Shown piece by piece: positions 9,111 to 17,749 of a DNA stretch of 59,771 bases. The first letter of the stretch is position 1. Each line of letters opens with the position of its first letter. The stretch lies in contig DATMVU010000678.1 of assembly GCA_035562875.1 (NCBI GenBank), positions 1-59,771 of the forward strand, given 5' to 3'. Both the position numbers and the translations under genes were made by a program. Source of the DNA: Actinoplanes sp. (GTDB lineage: Bacteria > Actinomycetota > Actinomycetes > Mycobacteriales > Micromonosporaceae). The notes beneath the pieces were generated by a model. The model was not told the origin of the DNA, searched no databases, and saw only the letters and a list, made by a program, of their open reading frames with translations.

Positions 9111-9818
9111 GTGGGTGCGGGGACAGAGTCGCGGGTAGTGGGTCGCCGGATGCTCGATCGGCTATTCGTCGATGGGCGGGCCGCGGTGTCCGCCGGAACG
9201 CACGGCGTCCAGACTCCACCGGACGAGGGCGGGCCGCGCTGGGGCCTGTCCGTTCTCCTGCGTCCTGACCCGGCGTCTTCGGAGAACCTGGCTAGTACGG
9301 CGCATGAGGCGGCCCGCATCGCCGGCGGGAGCCACTGGATAACCGGCGCGAAGGACAGCACGCACCTGACGATGCGGACACTGGAACCCTGGCGAGAAAC
9401 AGTCGCACCCGATGACGTCCTCATGAACCGGTACGCCAACGCGCTCGCCGTGGCAGCCGCCCAGGTCGGGCCGCTGAGATTCGATGTCGTCGGGCTGACC
9501 CTGACGCCAGGATCGGTGATGGCTCACGCGGTACCGGTCGACGGCCAAGCGGACCGGTTGGCAGACGCGTACACCGACGCAATGGGGGCGGATGGCTGGT
9601 ACGAGAACAGCCGCGGCGTCCTTCGAGACTTCTGGTACCTGAACCTGCTCCACTTCGCGGACGCGATTCAGCACCCCGACCGGCTCATCGCCTGGGTAGC
9701 GGAGCGCCGAGACCACGACATCGCCGCGGTCGTCGTCAACGAGATGCAGCTCGTCCACTGGCGGTTCTCTGGCAATGGCATGCGCCCTGTGCCGATCACG
9801 ACGGCACACCTCGTCTGA
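9111..9818 (+). CDS. Putative 2H-phosphoesterase / 2'-5' RNA ligase-like protein
   Basis: One HxT motif (THLTMR); the second motif position appears degenerate (WYLNL). Size ~230 aa. The true start may be ATG ~9150. Confidence 0.55.
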   Translation: MGAGTESRVVGRRMLDRLFVDGRAAVSAGTHGVQTPPDEGGPRWGLSVLLRPDPASSENLASTAHEAARIAGGSHWITGAKDSTHLTMRTLEPWRETVAPDDVLMNRYANALAVAAAQVGPLRFDVVGLTLTPGSVMAHAVPVDGQADRLADAYTDAMGADGWYENSRGVLRDFWYLNLLHFADAIQHPDRLIAWVAERRDHDIAAVVVNEMQLVHWRFSGNGMRPVPITTAHLV

Positions 9819-10009
9819 ATCGCGACCACAAGCCAGCACGGTCAGCCAGGTCGGGGAACCCTTCCTCCGCCTGAATAGTGGCCGGTGCGCCGGCCGATGC
9901 CGGGCGGAGCCCGCCAGCAGGCCGAGCGCAGCCCGCGCCGCGCTTGCGTGACGCCTTGATTCATAACAGGCAGACTCGGCAGTACTGACCACTCACGACG
10001 GTCTCACGC

Positions 10010-10087
10010 CCCCTGGCCACCAGGCTCTTCGCCGGGCACTGCGCACCGTCCACCTGCTGAAAAGCACGGTGGACATTCTGCGTTCCG
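10010..10087 (+). repeat. Direct repeat copy 2 (att-like duplicate of tRNA-Phe 3' end and hairpin)
   Basis: Near-identical to 8719-8796 with a handful of mismatches. Confidence 0.9.
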
Positions 10088-10155
10088 GTCTTCTGGTGAC
10101 CGCGATTCCCGCCAGTTTTCTGGTGCAGGACGATCGGAGACGCGATCCTGATCGG

Positions 10156-10719
10156 TCAGTGTTCGGTTTCGTAGCGGGTCAGCAGCACGCCGCCGGGGAA
10201 TGCGCGGGTTTCCGCCAGGGTCAGGTTCACCCGGCCGGGCAGAGTAGCGAAGAACGGTATTCCGCCACCGATCAGGACCGGGTGGGTGACCAGCACGTAC
10301 TCGTCGATCAAGCCGGCTCGCATGGCGGCTGCGGCAAGGGTGGCGCCGCAGATGTCCATGGGGCCGCCATCCACTGTCTTCAGACGGGCGATCTCGGGGA
10401 CCGCGTCGCCGGTGACCAGGCGGGCATTCCAGTCGACCGGAACGGACTTGGTGGAGAACACCACCTTCGGCATGGCCCGCCAGCGGCCGGCGTATTCGAT
10501 CTGTGCCGGGGTGGCGTCCGGTTTCTGGTCGGCGGTCGGCCAGTGGGAGCTCATTCCCTCCCACAGTCGGCGGCCGTACAACGCTGTGTCTGTCGCACCC
10601 ACCCGGTCGGACCACCACTGGAACAGTTCGTCGTTCGGCACGGTCCAGCCGAGGTCGTCGCCGGGGCCGGCGACGTAGCCGTCCAGGCTCAGGTTCATGG
10701 CGAAGGACAGTTTCCGCAT
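10156..10719 (-). CDS. Dihydrofolate reductase-fold (RibD C-terminal) family protein
   Basis: MRKL..SLDGYVAGP, LYGRRLWE, GLIDEY..HPVLIGGG motifs. Confidence 0.88.
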   Translation of the reverse strand: MRKLSFAMNLSLDGYVAGPGDDLGWTVPNDELFQWWSDRVGATDTALYGRRLWEGMSSHWPTADQKPDATPAQIEYAGRWRAMPKVVFSTKSVPVDWNARLVTGDAVPEIARLKTVDGGPMDICGATLAAAAMRAGLIDEYVLVTHPVLIGGGIPFFATLPGRVNLTLAETRAFPGGVLLTRYETEH

Positions 10720-10877
10720 GCTGTCAGCCTTCCGTGAGGTCGGTACCTGAAGTACCGGTCGGTACCCGGAGTACAGACCAGCACGGTGCGGCGGAATCAT
10801 CGGTGCGGCCACGCCGAGAGCGCGCTGCGCGGACGTGAAACAGCCCGGCCGTTCCCACGGCCGGGCTGTTCAAGGGT

Positions 10878-10940
10878 GGAGCTTAGGGCTTCAAGAATGA
10901 GGCTTCAGGGCCGGAGCTTCAAGGCCGGAGCTTCAAGGGG
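10878..10940. repeat. Short degenerate tandem repeats (GGCCGGAGCTTCAA-like)
   Basis: The GCTTCA core occurs four times, including two near-identical adjacent 14-bp units; intergenic. Confidence 0.6.
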
Positions 10941-10952
10941 CGGAGCGGAAGA

Positions 10953-11798
10953 TCAGTGGAACGCGGAGGTGGAGGCCACACCGGCCTTGTCGAGCAGCTC
11001 GAACCACTTCTCGATGGTCCGGGCCTCGACACCGTTGGTCTTGGCGCCCTTGAGAGCCAGCGCGAGGTCGATGCCGCCGTTGCCGAAGATCTTGTCCTTG
11101 GCCTTGGCGTTGCCGACCGGGCGGAAGTTCTTGGTGTTGATCGACTCGCCGATCAGGACGTCGTGGCCGGCGCCACCGATCAGGGTGTCGTTACCGGTCC
11201 AGCCCTGGACGATGTCGTCACCGGCACCGGCGCTGACGACGTCGTTGCCGGAGTCCGCCTCGATCTCGTCGTCGCCCGCGCCGCCATAGATCTTGTCATT
11301 GCCCGCGCCGCCGAAGATCTTGTCGGCGCCGCCGAGGCCGTAGATCTTGTCGTTGCCGGCACCGCCCCGCAGGCTGTCGGCGCCACCGCCGCCGAAGATG
11401 GTGTCGTTGCCGGCGCCGCCGCTGACGGACAGCCGGACAGCCGTCTTGTTCACCACGGCGTCGTTCTTGTCGCCGAGGGTGACACTCACCGAGGTGAGCG
11501 CGCTGGTGATCTTGCACCGGACCCGGGTCTTGTCGCCAGCGACCTGCTGGCAACCCGCCGAGGCCGGCTTGAGGGCGACCTTGTCGTCGATGACGATGGT
11601 CGAACCGGAGACGGCGATGGTGACGGCATTGGCCTTGCCGGCGGCGGCCTTGTAGACCACCTGGGTGTCACCGCTGGCGAGCTTCACGGTGCCGGTCGCG
11701 GCGGCGGCCTGAGCCGGGGCGGACAGGAACGCGGCGGTGCCGATCGCCGCAGCGGTCGCGCCGATCAGGGCAAGGGCGCGGCGGTTGATCAGGTTCAT
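10953..11798 (-). CDS. Secreted hemolysin-type (RTX) calcium-binding repeat protein
   Basis: Signal peptide ending APAQA; multiple GGxGxD nonapeptides. Confidence 0.88.
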   Translation of the reverse strand: MNLINRRALALIGATAAAIGTAAFLSAPAQAAAATGTVKLASGDTQVVYKAAAGKANAVTIAVSGSTIVIDDKVALKPASAGCQQVAGDKTRVRCKITSALTSVSVTLGDKNDAVVNKTAVRLSVSGGAGNDTIFGGGGADSLRGGAGNDKIYGLGGADKIFGGAGNDKIYGGAGDDEIEADSGNDVVSAGAGDDIVQGWTGNDTLIGGAGHDVLIGESINTKNFRPVGNAKAKDKIFGNGGIDLALALKGAKTNGVEARTIEKWFELLDKAGVASTSAFH

Positions 11799-11964
11799 GG
11801 AGGTCCCCCGTGTCGTCTGGCCTGGAATCAGATCCGGCCAGTGAAGGTCATCATCGTAGAACGATACCGTTCCGACGTGGCGCCCCGTTTTCAGTGATAC
11901 AGGTCACTGTTCGGGCGCCTCATGGTATAGACGGACGCCGGGCCTTCAGGGGTTACACAAAAAC

Positions 11965-12000
11965 AAAGAACGGCCCGGCGATATCGCCGGGCCGTTCTTT
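11965..12000. terminator. Perfect 36-bp inverted repeat, terminator of the 12015-13007 gene
   Basis: AAAGAACGGCCCGGCGAT/ATCGCCGGGCCGTTCTTT, with a T-run on the minus strand. Confidence 0.8.
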
Positions 12001-12014
12001 CAGGACTGTCCAGA

Positions 12015-13007
12015 TCAGCCGATGGCGACCGGCACGGCCCGGGCCAGCGGCATCTCCAGCGCGGCCTCGCTCGGCACCGAAGCGGCCGAGGCGGAGGCGG
12101 CCGACGCCGACTCCGGAACAGCGGTGAAGTACTCGCAGCCGGACGTCTTCGACTTCTTGGTGGAGATCAGGCAGATGTCGACGTTCGCGCCACCGTAGAG
12201 CTTGTCGGCCGCGTTCGCCGAACCATTCGAGATGACCTTGCCCTTGACGACCTTGTAGTGCTCGCCGACCAGGTCGTCGTCACCGGCGCCGCCGGAGAGC
12301 ATGTCGTTGCCGGCGTTACCGATCAGGAGGTCGTTGCCGGTCCCCCCGTAGATCTTGTCGTTGCCGGAGTAGCCGAGGATCCGGTCGGAGCCGGTCCCGC
12401 CGTCGATGGTGTCGGAACCGGTCTGACCCTGGATCAGGTCGTTCCCGTTGCCGCCGTAGATCTTGTCGTTACCGGCTCCACCGGCGATCTGGTCGCTGCC
12501 CGCGCCGCCGCTGATGTAGTCGGCACCGGAGTGGCCGAGGAGCAGGTCGTTGCCACCGCCACCGTAGAGCTTGTCGTTGCCGGTGCTGCCCTGCAGCTCG
12601 TCGGCACCGGAGCCACCGATCAGGGTGTCGTTGCCCGCGCCGCCACCGGCGAGCATGGGCACGCTCGTGTAGTTGCGGACGTAGTCGTTCTTGTCGCCGA
12701 GCGCCACGCTGATCAGCTTGGTCTTGGCGGAGGTGGTGCAGCGGACCTTCGTCGAGTCGACCCGCTTGCAGCCCCGGCCCGCGCTGATCGCGGTGACGTC
12801 GTCGATGGTGACGGTGCGGCCCGAGATGGTGACCTTGACCTTGTTCACCTTGCTCATCAGCGCCTGGAACACGACGGTGTCCGTACCGTAAACCCGCGCC
12901 AGGCCACTGGTGGCCGCCTGGGCCGGGCCGGCGAACAGTGCGGATGAGGCGACGACTGCGGCACCGAGGCCGAGAGAGACGAGAGTTCTGCGGTACTTGA
13001 CGTTCAT
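12015..13007 (-). CDS. Secreted RTX calcium-binding repeat protein, paralogue of 10953-11798
   Basis: Signal peptide ending GPAQA; shared N-domain (TI.G.T..IDD..GC..T.VRC..LGDKND); more than 10 GGxGxD-type repeats. Confidence 0.88.
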   Translation of the reverse strand: MNVKYRRTLVSLGLGAAVVASSALFAGPAQAATSGLARVYGTDTVVFQALMSKVNKVKVTISGRTVTIDDVTAISAGRGCKRVDSTKVRCTTSAKTKLISVALGDKNDYVRNYTSVPMLAGGGAGNDTLIGGSGADELQGSTGNDKLYGGGGNDLLLGHSGADYISGGAGSDQIAGGAGNDKIYGGNGNDLIQGQTGSDTIDGGTGSDRILGYSGNDKIYGGTGNDLLIGNAGNDMLSGGAGDDDLVGEHYKVVKGKVISNGSANAADKLYGGANVDICLISTKKSKTSGCEYFTAVPESASAASASAASVPSEAALEMPLARAVPVAIG

Positions 13008-13098
13008 GGGATCCCCCGTTCGAGACTGCTGGTGGAGCGGTTAGGACGGTACCGTTCCGCCGCTACTCCGCAAAGACCGTCTCATGAATGTGTCCAGC

Positions 13099-13584
13099 TC
13101 AACAACCCACTTCAGCGCCCCATCGGCCAGCCAGCGGTCGCATAACCACACGAACCCGGTCAACCCCTGACAAGTCACGGATAGCCGGAATCGGACCACA
13201 GTCGAAACCTCGGCCCGTGGCGACCAGATGCAGGGACTCCGGCATCGACTCCGGCTCCACTCCGGCCAGTTGCTCCGGATCGTTGGACACCCGCTCGCGG
13301 AACCTGTCGTACGCCTCCTCGCGGGTCTCCAACCGGACTCCCGACCCGTCCGGCAGACGGGCGAGCGCGTCCCGGGCGGCATCCCGCTGTTTCGGGGCCG
13401 CGTCGGGTTCGAGGTACACCGCGACGGTGAATTCGCGTTCCGGTGTGTAGCGCCATCCAGAGAGGAGCATCGCCGTGGTGGACCCGACCGAACCGAGCAC
13501 CACCGCTCCGGCAGCCACCGCGAAAAGCCGCACCCAGCGAGGGGGTCCGTCATTCGTCGGGTGTGGATCAGTCATGATCCGCAA
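13099..13584 (-). CDS. Single-TM protein with FtsX-like extracellular domain
   Basis: TM helix followed by FTVAVYL..VRLETREEAYDRFRE..MPESL, resembling the FtsX ECD. Confidence 0.65.
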   Translation of the reverse strand: MRIMTDPHPTNDGPPRWVRLFAVAAGAVVLGSVGSTTAMLLSGWRYTPEREFTVAVYLEPDAAPKQRDAARDALARLPDGSGVRLETREEAYDRFRERVSNDPEQLAGVEPESMPESLHLVATGRGFDCGPIPAIRDLSGVDRVRVVMRPLAGRWGAEVGC

Positions 13585-13701
13585 GCTATCTCAACACCTC
13601 CACCGAGTTGTCCACAGGCCGACACGGGGCACTTGAAGGCCATCCGCCGTTACTTCAGAGTGTTGTCGGGATCGGTCAGCCGGACGCGAGGAGGCGTCAC
13701 T

Positions 13702-14007
13702 GTGGATGGGTTCACCAACGAGGCGGAACAGACGGCCTACCACCTGGCCGAGGCACTGAGCGAGAAGGCGCACTCGTGCATGCGGAGCGCCGAGGAGGCG
13801 GCCGAGGCGTTCCGGACCGGCAAGATGGCGATGCGCCGCCAGTTCAAGACTCGCGGATTCTCCGAGGTGGAGGCCGACATACGCTGGTCGGGAACCGCTC
13901 AGGCGACCCGGGCGATAGCCGACAACAACTTCTTCATGTCACAGGCGTCGATGTACAACAACGCGGCCGCCGCGCAGTACGCGAAGGCGCTCTATCACAA
14001 GAGCTGA
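13702..14007 (+). CDS. Hypothetical protein (101 aa)
   Basis: GAGGAGG RBS before GTG; strong GC3 codon bias. Confidence 0.75.
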   Translation: MDGFTNEAEQTAYHLAEALSEKAHSCMRSAEEAAEAFRTGKMAMRRQFKTRGFSEVEADIRWSGTAQATRAIADNNFFMSQASMYNNAAAAQYAKALYHKS

Positions 14008-14397
14008 TCAGGCGGCCCGGTGCCGCAGCGTCGCCACCGTCGACCCGGCGAGGGCGAGCAGGCAGTCCGGCAGGGTCCCGTCGGCGATCGCCGCTCCGAA
14101 GAGCGCCTCACCGGTCGGGAAGTCGCCGTTGACGTAGGCGCTGACGAACCGTGCCACCCAGCGCTTGTCGTAACGAGCGTCGTCGATCCCGGGGAACTCC
14201 AGGGTCCACGCTCCACCCGGCTGCACCTGCCCGACCATCGTCGCGGCCAGGCACCAGGCGACGTCCCAGGCCCCGACGACACCCTCCCGGTCGACGACCG
14301 CGTCGAAGGTGTCGGCCACAGCCGTGCTGTCGCCGCTGAGCGCACACTGCAGGACCTGCGCGGCGTCGTCGAATGCGGTCTGTGGTACTTCGGTCAC
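14008..14397 (-). CDS. Hypothetical protein
   Basis: High-GC3 ORF with globular composition; converges on the preceding gene. Confidence 0.7.
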   Translation of the reverse strand: MTEVPQTAFDDAAQVLQCALSGDSTAVADTFDAVVDREGVVGAWDVAWCLAATMVGQVQPGGAWTLEFPGIDDARYDKRWVARFVSAYVNGDFPTGEALFGAAIADGTLPDCLLALAGSTVATLRHRAA

Positions 14398-14448
14398 GTC
14401 AGAAAAGGTACGTCGGGCGGTCAAGCTGCGCACCCCGAAAGGGGGGTG

Positions 14449-14892
14449 TCAGGCACCACGGAGGAGACACGTGATCCGGGCCGTGCAGACACGGTCGCCG
14501 GCCTCGTCGGTGAGGACCACCTCGTAGGTCGCCACCGTACGGCCCCGGTGCACCGGTGTGGCCACCCCGGTGACCAGCCCGGACCGGGCCGCCTTGTGGT
14601 GGGTGGCGTTGATGTCGACACCGACGGCGAAGGGCCGGTCCACGGTACGGCCGTGCAGCACCGCACCGACCGAACCGAGCGTCTCGGCGAGCACGCACGA
14701 GGCACCACCGTGCAACAACCCGTATGGCTGGGTGTTGCCTTCGACGGGCATGATGCCAACCACCCGATCCGCGGTGGCCTCGGTGATCTCGATACCCATC
14801 CGTTCCGCGAGCGCACCGCCACCACCGCTGGTGAACAGGTGTTGCTTGCCGTCCTCAGCGATATCCACGTCGGCGTACGTTACGCCGGTCAC
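14449..14892 (-). CDS. PaaI/hotdog-fold thioesterase
   Basis: NTQPYGLLHGGASCVLAE and GVDINATHH motifs; start approximate. Confidence 0.9.
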   Translation of the reverse strand: MTGVTYADVDIAEDGKQHLFTSGGGGALAERMGIEITEATADRVVGIMPVEGNTQPYGLLHGGASCVLAETLGSVGAVLHGRTVDRPFAVGVDINATHHKAARSGLVTGVATPVHRGRTVATYEVVLTDEAGDRVCTARITCLLRGA

Positions 14893-15000
14893 GCGCCTCG
14901 ACCAGCGATACCGGTCACAGGATCCGGGACTGATCGATTGAACCGCTGGGTACTGACCGGTCGTACCGGCCGGCACCACCCGGCTGACGAGAGGAGCACC

Positions 15001-15267
15001 ATGAGCGAGCCGCAGGGCACCGAGACCCCCGAGGTGATCGAGACCCGGGGCGACGACCGCGTCGACCTGCTCACCAGCGACGCGAACGGCGACGGCAAGA
15101 TCGACGTGTGGGTGTCCGACACCGACGGCGACGGCAAGCCCGACCTGTACCAGTTCGACACCGACGGCGACGGCAAGGTCGACGTCACCATGGTCGACCT
15201 GGACGAGGACGGCACCCCGGACCACATCATCGACGGCGACGGCGGCCACCCGCCGCTGACCGTCTGA
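15001..15267 (+). CDS. Small acidic protein with Dx[DN]xDG calcium-binding repeats
   Basis: GAGAGGAG RBS; DANGDGKID, DTDGDGKPD, DTDGDGKVD, DLDEDGTPD. Confidence 0.8.
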   Translation: MSEPQGTETPEVIETRGDDRVDLLTSDANGDGKIDVWVSDTDGDGKPDLYQFDTDGDGKVDVTMVDLDEDGTPDHIIDGDGGHPPLTV

Positions 15268-15268
15268 C

Positions 15269-16555
15269 TCACGAGCCGCCCAGCGCTGACAGGACCACCC
15301 AGAGGACCGCGAGGGCGACGACCGCGGTTCCCGCGGTGGACGCGGTGTGCCGCCACGAACGTGCGCCCTCGATCGCCTCGGGATACCCCAGGGCGACGAG
15401 GGCGGCACGGCTCTCCAGCACCCGATCGGCACTGGCGGGGAGCGCATGAAGCCCAGGGAGTTCGGGGTCGGGTGGCAAGGCACGGCTCAACTCGACGGCG
15501 AGGGCTGCCTGCGCGCGCTGCAACCGCCGTACCGCAATCCGGGCTTCTCGTCCTGCACTGGCCGCGGCGTGCCGCCGGGCCGCACCCCGCCGCGCACCCG
15601 AACCCAGCACCCGTAGTTCGTTGTCGGTGATCAGTCCGGGGTCCCGGACCGTGGCCAGGATCCCCACGTAGTAGGCCGCCTCCCGGTCGTGCGCCCGGCG
15701 CACCAGGTAGAGGACCAGCACCAACGGCGGAAGACCTTTGACGAGCAACACCGCCAGTACGGCCGGCACGCTGTCCCCGAAGCTGTCCCGCAGGATCGGT
15801 GAGTTCCACAGCGAATGTGACGCCCAAGCCCCGAGCAGGGCGAGAGCGGCCACTCCGATCCGCTGCGGGCGCCCGCGGTCCCGCCGGACCACGAGATAGC
15901 CGATGCCGGCGCCGGCCAGCGCGCCGAACAGGGTGTGACTCCAGATCCCGGCCAGGAAGCCGCGTACCAGGAACGTGGTGATCACCGGCTGTACCCGGTC
16001 GCCGAGCCCGGCCTGCTGCACCGCGCCGACCGCGAACACCACGTCCTCGACGATCTGGAAACCGAGGCCGACCAGGGCGCCGTAGACGATGCCGTCGAGC
16101 ACGCTGTTCACCTGGGCCCGGGCGATCAGCACGATCGCCACCACGCCGAGTGTCTTGGCGATCTCCTCGACGGTGGGCCCGGCCAGCGCGGCACCCCATT
16201 CGGCGGCCAGGTCGGGGGAGCCCAGTTTGGCTATCAGGTTGTCCAGGGCGGTGCTGCCGGGGATGGAGACACTGGTGGCGACGAGCCCGCCCCAGGCGAA
16301 GGCGAGGACACGCAGGCCGGCCGGTTCCCGTTCCAGGAAGTCGAGTTCCGCGAGGAAGAGCCAGAACGGCACGGCCAGCAGACCGAACATCACGATCGCG
16401 GTGAGGGTGGCGAGCGGGTAGGTCCGGAAGAACAGTGCGGTGATCTGCGAGATCCGGACCGCACCGACGGCGAGCAACGTGACGACGATCCAGAAGGCGG
16501 GCTGCCGGACCAACGCCACCGACCGAGGTGCCCCGGGCCGTACCGCCTCGCTCAT
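15269..16555 (-). CDS. PrsW-family intramembrane glutamic protease
   Basis: GPTVEEIAK, GFQIVED, SHSLWN motifs; multiple TM helices. Confidence 0.88.
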   Translation of the reverse strand: MSEAVRPGAPRSVALVRQPAFWIVVTLLAVGAVRISQITALFFRTYPLATLTAIVMFGLLAVPFWLFLAELDFLEREPAGLRVLAFAWGGLVATSVSIPGSTALDNLIAKLGSPDLAAEWGAALAGPTVEEIAKTLGVVAIVLIARAQVNSVLDGIVYGALVGLGFQIVEDVVFAVGAVQQAGLGDRVQPVITTFLVRGFLAGIWSHTLFGALAGAGIGYLVVRRDRGRPQRIGVAALALLGAWASHSLWNSPILRDSFGDSVPAVLAVLLVKGLPPLVLVLYLVRRAHDREAAYYVGILATVRDPGLITDNELRVLGSGARRGAARRHAAASAGREARIAVRRLQRAQAALAVELSRALPPDPELPGLHALPASADRVLESRAALVALGYPEAIEGARSWRHTASTAGTAVVALAVLWVVLSALGGS

Positions 16556-17109
16556 CGAGTCTCGTAGCGCAAGGTCGGAAGGACTGATGACAGGTCGGCG
16601 TCGTCGCCGGTGGCGGTGACCTCGATGATCAGCCCGTGGGCGACGAAGACGGCGTAACGCCCGTCCCGGTCGCCGGCGGTGTAGCCGCCCTGGACTCCGG
16701 CGAGCCCACCGGCGGTGGAGACGGCGAGCTGGGTTCCGGTGATCTGGTGACCGGAGATGCCGGTGATGCGCTGGCGCAACCGGACGGCGGCAGCGGTCAG
16801 GTCACCGGCGAAGGGTTCCACGTCGATCGCGTAGCGCATCTGACCGACCCGGAAGAGGGCGGTGCCGCGGACGGTGCCGGGGCGGGTGCCGGTGACGTCG
16901 AGTGTGGCACCGGGCGGCGGCACGACGGTGACTCCGGCGCCGACCCGGTAGGGCTCGCCGGGCGTGACCGGGCGCTCGGCCGGCACGGCTCGGTCCAGCA
17001 CCGGCAGACCGAAGGCGAGAGCGGCCAGGATCGATGCCAGTGCGAGTGAGATGGGAAGACCGATGGTGCCGGGAAGATCGGTGAGTTGACGCCGAGGAAC
17101 CTTCCCCAT
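16552..17109 (-). CDS. Hypothetical membrane-anchored protein coupled to the PrsW gene
   Basis: N-terminal TM helix; 4-bp overlap with the PrsW start. Confidence 0.65.
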   Translation of the reverse strand: MGKVPRRQLTDLPGTIGLPISLALASILAALAFGLPVLDRAVPAERPVTPGEPYRVGAGVTVVPPPGATLDVTGTRPGTVRGTALFRVGQMRYAIDVEPFAGDLTAAAVRLRQRITGISGHQITGTQLAVSTAGGLAGVQGGYTAGDRDGRYAVFVAHGLIIEVTATGDDADLSSVLPTLRYETR

Positions 17110-17191
17110 CCGTCCAAGCTAACGGCGGTTACCCGCCGTTGTCCGGCGAACCACTGACCGCCCACAGTGGAGTAAGGATCAACCTGGCAGA

Positions 17192-17749
17192 TTACGGATT
17201 TGTCCGTTTTATCGAAAGGTGCTGTGCCGGTACCGATGCGGTGAGCCATACCCCGTTGTCACTGCGGTGGAAGAGGTCACCCGCCGCGGCCATCACCCCC
17301 GCCGCAACACGGAACACCACCACGTCCGGCGAGCGCCGGCGGCCGACTGTCACCGCCGTCGGAACATCAACCGAGAGGTGTACGTGGGACCGGCTCCGTG
17401 GCCGCAGCCCCTCCCGCATGATCGCGTCGAGGTTCGCCCGCGGCGTGCCGTGGAACAGCTCGGCAGGCGGCGGCGCGGGCGGCAGGGCCAGATCGACCCC
17501 GACTCGCCGGGAGTGCCCCTGGCTGGCCCGGATCCGGTCGACGCCGTCCGGCCCGGTGGCGACCGCGAACCGGGACTTGTCGTTGTGCTCGACCACGAAG
17601 TCGAGCTGCGCCCGGGTCATCCCGAGCGCCTTGATCAGATCGGCGACCGGTACCCAGCCGTTCGTGTCGAGGGTCAAGCCGGCGGTCTCCGGCCGGTGCC
17701 GCAGCACCAGGGACATCCGTTTACTGAGTTTCACGTGGTCAGCTGTCAT
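17192..17749 (-). CDS. kptA: RNA 2'-phosphotransferase (Tpt1/KptA)
   Basis: SLVLRH, DKSRF, IRASQGHS, LFHGT, HVHLS, NGVWLT motifs. Confidence 0.92.
   Translation of the reverse strand: MTADHVKLSKRMSLVLRHRPETAGLTLDTNGWVPVADLIKALGMTRAQLDFVVEHNDKSRFAVATGPDGVDRIRASQGHSRRVGVDLALPPAPPPAELFHGTPRANLDAIMREGLRPRSRSHVHLSVDVPTAVTVGRRRSPDVVVFRVAAGVMAAAGDLFHRSDNGVWLTASVPAQHLSIKRTNP

Noticed and set aside
10878-10940. Possible mini-CRISPR
   Set aside because: Units are 14 bp or shorter, adjacent and without spacers; no cas genes.
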